From Candidatus Omnitrophota bacterium (GTDB taxonomy: Bacteria; Omnitrophota; Gorgyraeia; Gygaellales; Profunditerraquicolaceae), in contig JAPLLV010000056.1 in assembly GCA_026387405.1 (NCBI GenBank), forward strand, positions 25,765-89,764: a stretch of 64,000 nt of DNA, written 5' to 3'. How positions within the stretch are numbered: the first letter of the stretch is position 1; each line of letters begins with the position of its first letter. The notes below the pieces were generated by a model, which was given only the letters and a program-made list of their open reading frames with translations, was not told the DNA's origin and did not search any database. Below, in pieces: positions 1 through 8,804 of the stretch. The translations under genes and the position numbers were made by a program.

Positions 1-75
1 TGAAATCCTCTCGCCGCCATTTAATTAGTATTCTTCGAGCGAGCGAACGCAGTGAGCGAGTCGAGAAGACAAAAA
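1..75 (+). repeat. Partial, degenerate copy of the family-1 intergenic structured repeat; the core tcttcgagc...gtcgagaag is present, but the arms and termini are not conserved and the copy is cut by the window edge
   Basis: Shares the core motifs tcttcgagc and gtcgagaaga with the copies at 356, 5991, 30669, 48679 and 63131. Confidence 0.35.
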
Positions 76-92
76 TAATGAGAGAAGGCTGA

Positions 93-350
93 AAATGGTT
101 CGTTTACATCATCGAATGTAAAGATAGTACTTATTATACAGGGCTTACCTGGAAGCCAAAACTTAGGTATGAACAGCATGAGTCGGGATTAGGGGGTAAA
201 TATACTGCAGTACATGGCGTAAAGCGAATTGTCTATATCGAAGGACACACAGATCTGGAAACAGCAAGAAGCAGAGAAAGACAAATTAAAGATTGGAACC
301 AGGATAAGAAAAAGAAACTGATAAGCGGTGCTTGGAAAAAAGAGTGGTAA
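93..350 (+). CDS. GIY-YIG nuclease superfamily (UPF0213-like) small protein. The only in-frame ATG (78-80) is followed by an in-frame TGA (90-92), so this is a possible pseudogene, a sequencing error, or a non-ATG start
   Basis: Translation reads KWFVYIIECKDSTYYTGLT...GGKYTAVHGVKRIVYIEGHTDLETARSRERQIKDWNQDKKKKLI, matching the canonical GIY-YIG fold motifs (WYVYIL...YTG.T.DL..R...H..G...KYT...P..LVY.E......A..RE.QIK.W.R.KK..LI). Confidence 0.55.
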   Translation, partial: KWFVYIIECKDSTYYTGLTWKPKLRYEQHESGLGGKYTAVHGVKRIVYIEGHTDLETARSRERQIKDWNQDKKKKLISGAWKKEW

Positions 351-355
351 GCGTT

Positions 356-428
356 GTTCTCGACTCGATAAAAAATCTTCTTTGAATGAAATCGAGAAGA
401 AGATTTTTTACCTCGCTCGAACAATAAC
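356..428 (+). repeat. Family-1 structured intergenic repeat, copy A
   Basis: gttctcgactcg + arm ataaaaaatcttctt + core + complementary arm aagaagattttttac + ctcgctcgaacaataac; the termini are conserved with copies B to E. Confidence 0.8.
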
Positions 429-476
429 TACTGGCCAGAGGTTTTACCGCTAAAAAGTTTATAGGGGTACTCAACT

Positions 477-845
477 ATGAAAAAAATATTGATCGCGGAT
501 GACGAAGTAGACGCGTTAAAATTCCTAGAAAAAAGATTAAAGCTTGAAAAATACGGCGTGACGGCAGTCAATAATAGCGGGGATGTTATCAAATTGGCCA
601 AATCCGACAAGCCGGATCTGTTTATTTTGGATATTGCCATGCCTGGTATGGACGGTTACGCGCTGGCGGCAACCATGAGAAAAGATAGCGAGCTTAAAAA
701 TATCCCTGTCATCTTTATCACCGGCAAGGAATTCGTTCCTAAGGCCATGGAAGAGATAACCCGGGATGCCGGAGCCTATGATTACATTATGAAGCCTTGC
801 AGCTTTGAAGAAATATTAAGTAAAGTACAGACGGTTTTAGGCTAA
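477..845 (+). CDS. Single-domain response regulator receiver protein (CheY-like)
   Basis: 122 aa with DDE...D...K receiver signature (ILIADDE, FILDIAMPGMDG, IFITGK). Confidence 0.85.
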   Translation: MKKILIADDEVDALKFLEKRLKLEKYGVTAVNNSGDVIKLAKSDKPDLFILDIAMPGMDGYALAATMRKDSELKNIPVIFITGKEFVPKAMEEITRDAGAYDYIMKPCSFEEILSKVQTVLG

Positions 846-880
846 ACCTACCAAGCTACACCCGGATTTTCAATTTCACG

Positions 881-1837
881 ATGCTCCTGGACCAGATCAG
901 AAAAACCATAAAGAACCAGGGACTCCTCGACAAAAACGATACCGTGCTCATCGGGGTTTCCGGCGGCCCGGATTCGGTAGCGCTTCTCTATATCCTAAAT
1001 ATCCTCAAGGAAGAATACCGGCTTAAACTGCACATCGCGCATCTAGACCACGCGCTTAGACCAGCTTCTTCCCGGGACAAAGAATTTGTAATAAGCCTGG
1101 CAAAAAAATTTAATATACCGGTTACCGCTGCCCGGGTAAAACTGCCAAAAGGCGGTTCGCTGGAAGAAGTTGCCAGACAGGCACGGATCGATTTCTTTTT
1201 AAAGGTAGCGAAAAAAATCAAGGCGAAAAAATTAGCGCTGGGGCATAACCGCGACGACCAGGCGGAAACAGTCCTCATGCGCATCTTAAGAGGTACGGGG
1301 CTCTATGGGCTGGCGGGAATACTTCCCAAACGTAAGATCTTTGGGCTTACAGTAATCCGTCCGCTGATTGCAACCCCGCGCAAGAAGATAGAACTGTTCC
1401 TGAAGACGAAAAGGATCAAGACACGCCTGGATGAGACTAACTTAAGGAACATATATTTTCGCAATAAAATACGTAATACCCTGCTGCCGCTGTTAGAAAA
1501 GAACTACAACAAGAATATTAAGGAGGCCTTATGCAATATAGCGGAGAGCGCGGGTTTTGACTACGATTATCTTAATGCCGTTGCGCTTCAACGACAAGAA
1601 CAATTCGGACAAAAGCTTAAGATAAAAGAGCTTATTGCCCTGCATCCGGCTATCCGCAGGCTAATATTACGCTTACGCATTGCCAGCTTCGCGGGAGATA
1701 CCCGGCGCCTGACTTTCAAGCATATCCGCGAAATCGAGGACCTGCTTTACTGCCGGCCTGCCAATTCCATTGTTGACCTGCCTAAGGGAATTTCTGCGGC
1801 AAAAAGGAAAAATTACCTCTCTATTTACAAACGCTAG
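881..1837 (+). CDS. tilS: tRNA(Ile)-lysidine synthetase
   Basis: PP-loop SGGPDS motif near the N-terminus; 318 aa; upstream of ftsH as in many bacteria. Confidence 0.85.
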   Translation: MLLDQIRKTIKNQGLLDKNDTVLIGVSGGPDSVALLYILNILKEEYRLKLHIAHLDHALRPASSRDKEFVISLAKKFNIPVTAARVKLPKGGSLEEVARQARIDFFLKVAKKIKAKKLALGHNRDDQAETVLMRILRGTGLYGLAGILPKRKIFGLTVIRPLIATPRKKIELFLKTKRIKTRLDETNLRNIYFRNKIRNTLLPLLEKNYNKNIKEALCNIAESAGFDYDYLNAVALQRQEQFGQKLKIKELIALHPAIRRLILRLRIASFAGDTRRLTFKHIREIEDLLYCRPANSIVDLPKGISAAKRKNYLSIYKR

Positions 1838-1986
1838 GCACCACACCATAAAAGACACCTTTGCCTATTGGAAGGCAAAGTGCGCCGCTTTCTGCGGCGA
1901 TAGTTCAAAAATACTTGATTTTATAAGGGGTTAAGATATAATAAGATTCTTATTTTGGGCTCTGGAAAATAATCGAAAGGAAAAAT

Positions 1987-3840
1987 ATGGCTAAGCAGAA
2001 CGGTAAAAAAATTACAAAATCTAATTTTCTAAAGCGCTTCCCTGTCGGGTGGCTGCTATTACTTTTGCTGTTTTATTTGTTCCTGGGGTCATTATCTACA
2101 TCCGGCACGCAGCAAGAGTTAAAATACAGCGATTTCTACGGCATCCTGAAGAACAACCCCGAAAAGATAAAATCTGTCACTAAGATAGACAGTAAATTGC
2201 AGGGGGAAATGACCGACAATAGCAAGTTTTATGTGTATATCCCCGACAACGACCAACAGCTGCTTATTCTCATTCAGCAAAACCTCAAGAATTTTAACGT
2301 CAAGCCCCCGTCATTTTGGGGGAGTCTGATCTTTCAACTAAGCGGGGTCATCCTGTTTATTGTGTTCTGGTGGCTGATGATGAACCGCGGTGAGCAACTA
2401 GGCAACCGCATCATGACCTTCGGCAAAGTCAAGACCAAACTCAACAGCGAAAAGGAATCGGAAAAGGCAACCTTCAACGACGTAGCCGGGGTGGATGAAG
2501 CCAAGGAAGAACTAAAAGAGGTCATCGAGTTCCTGAAGGACCCCAAGAAATTCCAGAGGTTAGGCGGCAAGATCCCTAAAGGCGTCCTCTTGGTGGGCCC
2601 GCCCGGATGCGGAAAGACCCTTATTGCCCGGGCAGTTGCCGGAGAGGCAGATGTGCCTTTTTTCAATATCTCGGGTTCGGACTTCGTAGAGATGTTCGTA
2701 GGCGTGGGCGCAAGCCGCGTACGCGACCTTTTTGAGCAGGGCAGGCGCGCTGCAAAAACCTCCGGTAAAGGAGCCATTATATTTATAGATGAAATAGACG
2801 CGGTGGGGCGGCTGCGTTTCTCAGGCATAGGGGGCGGGCACGATGAACGGGAACAGACCTTAAACCAGCTTCTAGTGGAAATGGACGGTTTTGATGCCGC
2901 GCAGGGATTGATCCTTATAGCCGCTACTAACCGGCCGGATACCCTGGACCCGGCACTGTTGCGGCCGGGGAGATTTGACCGGCATATCGTGGTTAACCTC
3001 CCTGATATCCTGGGAAGAGAAGAGATCCTAAGGGTGCATACCCGCAAATTAAAGCTTGCCGGGAACGTAGACCTTAAATCCCTGGCCTCGCAGACTCCGG
3101 GTTTTTCCGGGGCAGACCTGGCCAATCTCTGCAACGAAGCGGCGCTTTTGGCTGCCCGGAACAATAAAGACTCGATTGAACAGATTGATTTTGAAAAATC
3201 CGTGGAGCGCGTGCTTATGGGCCCGGAAAAGAAAAGCCACATCATGTCTAAGAAGGAAAAGGAGATCACGGCGCTGCATGAATCCGGACACTCCCTATTG
3301 TCGCTCCTCTTGCCGGATGTAAACCCGCTAAAGAAGGTTTCAATTATTCCCCGCGGGCTTGCCGGGGGATACACATTTACTCCTCCGGTGGAAGACCGCC
3401 ACTACTGGACCAAAAGCCAGCTGATCTCCGAGATTACCATGATGTTGGGCGGCCGGGCTTCCGAAGAAATAAACCTCAATGAAGTTACCACCGGCGCGCA
3501 GAATGACCTGGAAATGGCCACCGGCATGGCCCGGCGCATGGTCATGCAGTTCGGCATGTCTGAAAAACTGGGCCACATCACCCTGGGAAAAAGAGAGGGG
3601 CTGCTCTTCCTGGGCCGTGATATCATGGAAGAAAAGAATTATAGCGAAGAAACCGCCAGGGTTATTGATGAAGAGGTAAAAAATATAGTTGATACCGCCT
3701 ATCAAAGCGCTAAAACAATACTATCTCAGAATCTAGATAAGCTAAAGCTGCTCTCCAACGCGCTTTTGGAAAAAGAGGTCCTTGACGGCGAAGAAGCCAA
3801 GCGCATTATTGGGATAGAGAAGAAGGATGTTGTGATTTAG
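1987..3840 (+). CDS. ftsH: ATP-dependent zinc metalloprotease FtsH
   Basis: N-terminal TM segments, Walker [12 protein letters not shown] second region of homology, HESGH zinc motif; 617 aa. Confidence 0.95.
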   Translation: MAKQNGKKITKSNFLKRFPVGWLLLLLLFYLFLGSLSTSGTQQELKYSDFYGILKNNPEKIKSVTKIDSKLQGEMTDNSKFYVYIPDNDQQLLILIQQNLKNFNVKPPSFWGSLIFQLSGVILFIVFWWLMMNRGEQLGNRIMTFGKVKTKLNSEKESEKATFNDVAGVDEAKEELKEVIEFLKDPKKFQRLGGKIPKGVLLVGPPGCGKTLIARAVAGEADVPFFNISGSDFVEMFVGVGASRVRDLFEQGRRAAKTSGKGAIIFIDEIDAVGRLRFSGIGGGHDEREQTLNQLLVEMDGFDAAQGLILIAATNRPDTLDPALLRPGRFDRHIVVNLPDILGREEILRVHTRKLKLAGNVDLKSLASQTPGFSGADLANLCNEAALLAARNNKDSIEQIDFEKSVERVLMGPEKKSHIMSKKEKEITALHESGHSLLSLLLPDVNPLKKVSIIPRGLAGGYTFTPPVEDRHYWTKSQLISEITMMLGGRASEEINLNEVTTGAQNDLEMATGMARRMVMQFGMSEKLGHITLGKREGLLFLGRDIMEEKNYSEETARVIDEEVKNIVDTAYQSAKTILSQNLDKLKLLSNALLEKEVLDGEEAKRIIGIEKKDVVI

Positions 3841-5055
3841 ATGATCCGGGTCCTGGAAATCTCCAATCAAGCAGAATTAAGCGGGATTTTGCGGGAGATC
3901 GGGGTCGATCCTTATGGCATAGGTATCATGCGCCTGAAAGGAATGACGCGCCTTATCCATATCAAAGCCCTATCCAATATAACCGCAAATATCCTTAAGC
4001 AAGAAATGCTCGCCCTCGGCGCAGATGCCGCAATTGCCCGCGGCTCATTGACCGGTAAAACCAAAAGAACCGGCTGTTTGCTGATGGCCAATGATGCGCA
4101 GCTGAACCGGCTAAATGCCAAACTCAAAAATCAACCCTTTGGGCTTGGGGATATCGGGAACCGGATACGAAATGCGCTTCTGAACTACGAAAAAGATAAT
4201 TTTCTAATAGATATCGGAAGGTATAAACTGGACCTGAGCAAGTCTACCCGCGTCATGGGAGTGGTAAATCTTACGCCGGACTCTTTTAGCGGTGACGGCC
4301 TTTATACGCCATATGCCATACGCCATATGCCATACGCCGATAGAATTGTGGAATTTGCGCAAAAATTGGTAGAAGATGGGGCTGATATAATTGACGTGGG
4401 AGGTGAATCTTCCCGCCCCGGAGCCAAACCTATATCAATAAAAGAAGAGTGTTCTCGGGTTATGCCGGCGATCAAGGTTATAGCTAAAAAAATAAAGATC
4501 CCTATCTCCATAGACACCTACAAACCCGAAGTTGCCGGGCGCGCGCTTCTAAATGGCGCGGGTTTAGTAAATGATATCTCGGGTTTAAGAGATCCGGCTA
4601 TGGTTAAAGTGGTTGCCCGCTATAAAGCGGCGGTGGTGATCATGCATATGAAAGGCAAACCCTCTAATATGCAGAAAAAACCTGTTTATGAATCCCTGAT
4701 TTTTGAGATCATGGAATTCCTGGAAAATGCGATAGCCAATGCCGTATCGTGCGGCATAACCAGGGATAAGATCATTGTCGATCCGGGGATCGGCTTTGGG
4801 AAAACCCTAAGAGATAACCTGGAAATATTAAAGAACCTGCAAAGCCTTAAGACCCTGGGCAGGCCCATATTGGTCGGGCCGTCCAGAAAATCCTTTATCG
4901 GTAAAATATTGCGCAGCGGGCCTCAAGATAGGATGCCGGGCACGTTATCTGCCTGCGTATTGGCGGCTAAAAACGGTGCCAGGATCCTGCGGGCGCACGA
5001 TGTAAAAGAAGTAAAGCAGGCATTAAAGATCCTGGACGCGGTATCTGGAGCCTAA
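3841..5055 (+). CDS. folP: Dihydropteroate synthase with a roughly 120-aa N-terminal extension domain
   Basis: Pterin-binding motifs (VMGVVNLTPDSFSGDG, DIIDVGGESSRPGA, SIDTYKPEVA, VNDISG, IVDPGIGFGKT); the ftsH-folP synteny matches E. coli. Confidence 0.9.
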   Translation: MIRVLEISNQAELSGILREIGVDPYGIGIMRLKGMTRLIHIKALSNITANILKQEMLALGADAAIARGSLTGKTKRTGCLLMANDAQLNRLNAKLKNQPFGLGDIGNRIRNALLNYEKDNFLIDIGRYKLDLSKSTRVMGVVNLTPDSFSGDGLYTPYAIRHMPYADRIVEFAQKLVEDGADIIDVGGESSRPGAKPISIKEECSRVMPAIKVIAKKIKIPISIDTYKPEVAGRALLNGAGLVNDISGLRDPAMVKVVARYKAAVVIMHMKGKPSNMQKKPVYESLIFEIMEFLENAIANAVSCGITRDKIIVDPGIGFGKTLRDNLEILKNLQSLKTLGRPILVGPSRKSFIGKILRSGPQDRMPGTLSACVLAAKNGARILRAHDVKEVKQALKILDAVSGA

Positions 5056-5080
5056 ATCAACCTGCTATAAAAAGGGACGA

Positions 5081-5845
5081 ATGATAGTTTTTTTATTTCT
5101 CTGGAGTCCGATTTTCGAAGTATTGTCCCTCTTGTTTGTGATCTACCATATTATGCTGTTTTTCGAAGGCAGCGGTACCATACAGCTTTTGCGCGGGATC
5201 GTATTCTTGCTATTCGCTTTTTATCTATTCCAGAAACTGGATTTTATGGTCCTGGACTGGCTGATGACAAAATTACTCGCGGTTTCTGTCCTGGCGATCC
5301 TGATCATCTTTAATCCTGAGATACGCCAGGGGCTGGCGCGATTGGGGCAGAAGCATGTATTCATCACGCCCTTAAAAGAAGAAGAGATCGATGTGATGTT
5401 CCACGAAATCATCAAATCCATGGAGAATTTATCCAAAGAAAAGTTCGGGGCGATGATCGCGGTAGAAAAGAACGATTCTCTATCAGGCTATACAAAAAGC
5501 GGAGAGGCTGTCGACGGAAGGCTCTCCTGCGACCTTTTACAGGCCATATTTACCCCCAATAACCCTTTGCATGACGGAAGCGTAATCATTCAGCAAGGCA
5601 GGATCGCGGCAGCCGCCTGCATCTTCCCGATCTCCCAGAAACAAGACCTGAGCCGCATATTCGGCATGCGCCACCGCGCCGCGTTAGGCCTGAGCGAAGA
5701 AACCGACGCCTTGATCTTTATAGTATCGGAGGAAAGACAGGATATATCGCTGGTTTACCGGGGCAGGCTGTATAAAGACCTATCCGATGAAGAGCTTTTT
5801 GCAAAGGCCAAGGATATCATGCTTAAAGAGAGGGCCCATGCTTAA
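5081..5845 (+). CDS. cdaA: Diadenylate cyclase CdaA (membrane-anchored DAC domain)
   Basis: N-terminal TM helices followed by DisA_N motifs (GAMIAVE, LHDGSVII, RHRAALGLSEETDA, FIVSEE). Confidence 0.9.
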   Translation: MIVFLFLWSPIFEVLSLLFVIYHIMLFFEGSGTIQLLRGIVFLLFAFYLFQKLDFMVLDWLMTKLLAVSVLAILIIFNPEIRQGLARLGQKHVFITPLKEEEIDVMFHEIIKSMENLSKEKFGAMIAVEKNDSLSGYTKSGEAVDGRLSCDLLQAIFTPNNPLHDGSVIIQQGRIAAAACIFPISQKQDLSRIFGMRHRAALGLSEETDALIFIVSEERQDISLVYRGRLYKDLSDEELFAKAKDIMLKERAHA

Positions 5846-5975
5846 GAAAAAGGTCAGCTTAGGATACCGGATCAACCACTGGTTCACTTATCACCCCTGG
5901 CTTAAGTTATTTGCTCTTATCCTGGCAATTTTAGTCTGGTTTTACGTCAGGGAAGAGATAAACAGGTTTAACTGA
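5838..5975 (+). CDS. 46-aa remnant resembling the N-terminus of a CdaR/YbbR-like regulator, truncated just before repeat copy B
   Basis: ATG overlaps the cdaA stop (ATGCTTAA). MLKKKVSLGYRINHWFTYHPWLKLFALILAILVWFYV resembles YbbR N-termini. The ORF stops after 46 codons, immediately before the repeat at 5991. Confidence 0.4.
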   Translation: MLKKKVSLGYRINHWFTYHPWLKLFALILAILVWFYVREEINRFN

Positions 5976-5990
5976 AAAGAAACTTAAATC

Positions 5991-6065
5991 TTATTCGAGC
6001 GAGGCAAAACTTTTATCTTCTCGACAAGCTCGAAGCATAAAAGTTTTGCCGAGTCGAGAATATTT
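5991..6065 (-). repeat. Family-1 structured intergenic repeat, copy B (reverse orientation)
   Basis: tattcgagcgag + gcaaaacttttat + core cttctcgacaagctcgaagc + ataaaagttttgcc + gagtcgagaatattt; the arms are perfectly complementary. Confidence 0.8.
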
Positions 6066-6069
6066 ACAC

Positions 6070-6780
6070 ATGGAACTGGGTATAAATATCGACCATATAG
6101 CAACCTTAAGGCAGCTGCGGCTGGGCACAGAGCCTGAACCGGCATTTGCCGCTTTAGTCGCGCAGTCAGCGGGCGCGGATTCCATTGTCGCGCACCTCAG
6201 AGAAGACCGCAGGCATATCAACGAAAGGGATATCGAGATATTAAAAGAGGTGGTGCGGGTTAAATTCAACCTTGAGATGTCCATTGCAAAAGACATAGTG
6301 GAGATCGCCTGCTGTTTAAAACCGGACCAGGCGACTTTGGTCCCGGAAAAACGAAAAGAACTCACCACCGAGGGCGGACTGGACGTTATCGGAAACTTAA
6401 ATACTCTAAAAACAGTTAAAAACAGGTTAGAAAAACAGGGTATCGCGCTTAGCCTTTTTATTGATCCTGACAAGAAACAAATTGGTGCCGCCAAGATCTT
6501 AGGCGTAAAAATGATCGAATTACATACCGGCCGTTACGCGGATGCCAAAACCGCGCAAGACCAGAAAAAATATTTTAGGGAACTAGTGTCGGCGGTAACC
6601 TGCGCCAAAAATAAGGGCCTGCGCGTTTTTGCCGGACACGGCCTGAATTATTACAATGTATCCCGAGTGGCAAAGATAAAAGGCATAGAAGAATTGAATA
6701 TAGGTTATTCCATAATCTGCCGCGCGGCATTAGTAGGATTAGAACGCGCGGTTAAAGAGATGAAGGCTTTAATCAGTTAA
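6070..6780 (+). CDS. pdxJ: Pyridoxine 5'-phosphate synthase
   Basis: MELGINIDHIATLRQ start typical of PdxJ. The ATG at 6046 in the ORF track lies inside repeat B, so the start at 6070 is preferred. pdxJ-acpS adjacency matches E. coli. Confidence 0.9.
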   Translation: MELGINIDHIATLRQLRLGTEPEPAFAALVAQSAGADSIVAHLREDRRHINERDIEILKEVVRVKFNLEMSIAKDIVEIACCLKPDQATLVPEKRKELTTEGGLDVIGNLNTLKTVKNRLEKQGIALSLFIDPDKKQIGAAKILGVKMIELHTGRYADAKTAQDQKKYFRELVSAVTCAKNKGLRVFAGHGLNYYNVSRVAKIKGIEELNIGYSIICRAALVGLERAVKEMKALIS

Positions 6781-6796
6781 ATAATGGTTATTCCAG

Positions 6797-6837
6797 CTCC
6801 AGACCCGCGGTGGAAAAACTCCACCGCGGGTCTGGAG
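6797..6837. repeat. Family-5 perfect hairpin (17-bp stem ctccagacccgcggtgg / ccaccgcgggtctggag, loop aaaaact). A second copy lies at 12506-12546
   Basis: Read directly from the sequence. No U-tract follows, so it is not a canonical intrinsic terminator. Confidence 0.7.
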
Positions 6838-6865
6838 GGAAAAAATGAAAACATTGATCGGATAA

Positions 6866-7225
6866 ATGGCTATTATTGGAACCGGAGTAGACATCACTGA
6901 AGTCAGGCGCCTGCGGCAGGCAATAGAAAAATGGGGAGACGAATTCCTGAATAAAGTATTTACTTCCGCGGAGATAAAAAACGCCAAAAACCGCAGCAGT
7001 TTTTACCAACACCTGGCCGGGAGATTCGCAGCAAAAGAAGCAATATTCAAGGCCCTGGGAGATAAATCCATTACCTGGAAGGATGTCGAGATATTAAACG
7101 ACAAGGAAGGCCGGCCTTACTGCAGGATATTAAACGGCAAATCAAACAAGGTAACGGTGTGCGTCTCTATATCCCACGTAAAAAGCTATGCGGTTGCCAA
7201 TGCGGTTATTACGGAGAAAGAATAA
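6866..7225 (+). CDS. acpS: Holo-[acyl-carrier-protein] synthase
   Basis: 119 aa, MAIIGTGVDITEVRR start, 4'-phosphopantetheinyl transferase motifs. Confidence 0.9.
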   Translation: MAIIGTGVDITEVRRLRQAIEKWGDEFLNKVFTSAEIKNAKNRSSFYQHLAGRFAAKEAIFKALGDKSITWKDVEILNDKEGRPYCRILNGKSNKVTVCVSISHVKSYAVANAVITEKE

Positions 7226-8051
7226 CTCCCACAAGGGAGATTTCGGCCATGTTTTTATAGTGGCGGGTTCGGCCCGTTACTCCGGTGCGGGGGCTCTATG
7301 CTCAGAAGCAGCCATTCGTTCGGGAGCAGGATTAGTAACCTTAGGCATTCCTAAAAGCCTGAATAACGCAATGATAAAGATCAAACCTAAGGAGGTAATG
7401 ACCTTACCGCTGCCGGAAACCAAGCAAGCAACCTTAAGCATAAGGGCGTTTAAAAAGATAAAGGATTTTAGTAACAATATAGATATTCTAGCTATCGGAC
7501 CTGGTCTTTCTCAAAATAACTCAACTCAATCTTTAGTGCGTAAAATTGTGGCGAAAATTGATAAACCGATGGTTATCGATGCCGACGGCCTAAATGCTTT
7601 AGCCGGCCATCTCGGTTTTCTACTAACGACTAACGACCAACGACCAGCGACTATATTAACCCCGCATCCTGGAGAAATGGCGCGGCTATTGGGAACAACT
7701 ATAAAAAAAGTACAGTCGTGTAGAAATGAGACTGCCGTCAGATTTGCCAGAGACTACGATTGCACAGTAGTCTTAAAAGGACACCATACTGTAGTAGCTG
7801 ATTACCGGGGAAATTCATATGTCAACAATACCGGCAACCCAGGGATGGCTACTGCCGGCAGCGGAGACGTATTAACAGGGATGATAGCGGCATTCTTGGC
7901 GCAAGGAATAGAAAGCTATAGCGCGGCAAAATATGCTGTATATCTGCACGGATTAGCTGGCGACTTAGCCGCGGAAGAAAAGACACAAATTTCCTTGATT
8001 GCTTCGGATATTATTGCTAAAATCCCTGAAGCGATAAAGAAAAGCAGTTAG
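7188..8051 (+). CDS. nnr: ADP-dependent NAD(P)H-hydrate dehydratase (YjeF C-terminal / Nnr family). The start is uncertain because it overlaps acpS. Contains an in-frame heptamer-repeat insertion at 7616-7652
   Basis: HKGDFGHVFIVAGSARYSGA, GAGLVT and GSGDVLTG motifs of the carbohydrate-kinase-like YjeF_C domain. Confidence 0.8.
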   Translation: MRLPMRLLRRKNNSHKGDFGHVFIVAGSARYSGAGALCSEAAIRSGAGLVTLGIPKSLNNAMIKIKPKEVMTLPLPETKQATLSIRAFKKIKDFSNNIDILAIGPGLSQNNSTQSLVRKIVAKIDKPMVIDADGLNALAGHLGFLLTTNDQRPATILTPHPGEMARLLGTTIKKVQSCRNETAVRFARDYDCTVVLKGHHTVVADYRGNSYVNNTGNPGMATAGSGDVLTGMIAAFLAQGIESYSAAKYAVYLHGLAGDLAAEEKTQISLIASDIIAKIPEAIKKSS

Positions 8052-8052
8052 C

Positions 8053-8128
8053 GCCGGCGTAGCTCAGTCGGTAGAGCGTCTGTTTTGTAAACAGATGGTC
8101 GGGGGTTCGATTCCTCTCGCCGGCTCCA
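8053..8128 (+). tRNA. tRNA-Thr (anticodon UGU)
   Basis: Hand-folded cloverleaf: acceptor gccggcg/cgccggc, D-arm gctc-agtcggta-gagc, anticodon stem tctgt/acaga with loop tttgtaa, T-loop ttcgatt, 3' CCA encoded. Confidence 0.85.
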
Positions 8129-8138
8129 CTAAAAAAGA

Positions 8139-8804
8139 ATGATTTCAGTAAATCAACAAACGATTAAAAATTTATATTGGGAAAAGGGCTATACTGTGCC
8201 GGATATCGCGAAACGGATTAATATTTCTTCATGGGCACTTTATAATTTTATGGATAGACATAAGATTGGACGGCGCGATCGTTCACAGACAAGCTTTCTT
8301 TTGAGCCGTAATAAACCCCGGTTTATAATAAACAACACTCTTACAGCTTCGCAGGAAAAGCTAAAGATTGCAGGAGTAATGTTATACTGGGCAGAGGGCA
8401 CTTTATTGCATAACACTGTGGATTTTACTAATTCCAATTCAAATATGGTTAGGTTGTTCTTGAAATTCTTAAGGGAAATTTGTGGAATAAGCGAAAAGAG
8501 ATTACGTGTTTATCTTTATTGTTATTCCTATCAGAAGGTAGAAGACCTATTGAACTACTGGCACAAAGTTACGGGAATTCCGTTATCTCAATTTACAAAA
8601 CCATACATAAGAGAAGGAAACATTAATTCTAGCTTAAGAAAATTACCATACGGATTAATTCATGTAAGGTATAATGATAAACAATTGCTTGAGATAATCA
8701 AACAATGGATTGATGAGTATATAGTTTGGACAGGTACCCAAGTGGCCAAAGGGGGCAGACTGTGTAAACGCAGCGTCTTGCCGAAAGGCAGGATGGAAAA
8801 GTAG
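8139..8804 (+). CDS. LAGLIDADG-like homing endonuclease candidate with an N-terminal HTH. It is free-standing and lies immediately upstream of the intron-containing tRNA-Tyr. The 3' end of the ORF reads through the tRNA-Tyr 5' exon
   Basis: IAGVMLYWAEGT resembles the LAGLIDADG/AEG dodecapeptide, followed by a block (NMVRLFLKFLREICGISEKRLRVYLY) typical of single-motif LAGLIDADG enzymes. Location between tRNA genes next to a group I intron. Confidence 0.45.
   Translation: MISVNQQTIKNLYWEKGYTVPDIAKRINISSWALYNFMDRHKIGRRDRSQTSFLLSRNKPRFIINNTLTASQEKLKIAGVMLYWAEGTLLHNTVDFTNSNSNMVRLFLKFLREICGISEKRLRVYLYCYSYQKVEDLLNYWHKVTGIPLSQFTKPYIREGNINSSLRKLPYGLIHVRYNDKQLLEIIKQWIDEYIVWTGTQVAKGGRLCKRSVLPKGRMEK

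Noticed and set aside
90-92. TGA recoded as Trp or Gly (alternative genetic code) in the GIY-YIG ORF
   Set aside because: TGA clearly terminates other genes in the window, for example the apgM-like gene at 20058-20060 with lysC starting in the ATGA overlap
2334-3374. Long antisense ORFs inside ftsH, groEL (31085-32212), ppdK (61418-61984), dnaE and the rpoD-like gene (63155-63955)
   Set aside because: They lie opposite well-supported conserved genes, have Ser/Arg/Pro-rich low-complexity translations typical of antisense frames, and show no homology signal
3479-3679. Small plus-strand ORF inside ftsH in another frame
   Set aside because: It overlaps the conserved FtsH protease domain and is a frame artefact
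6046-6069. Upstream ATG of pdxJ (MPSREYLH...)
   Set aside because: These codons lie inside repeat copy B. The conserved PdxJ N-terminus begins at MELGINIDH (6070)
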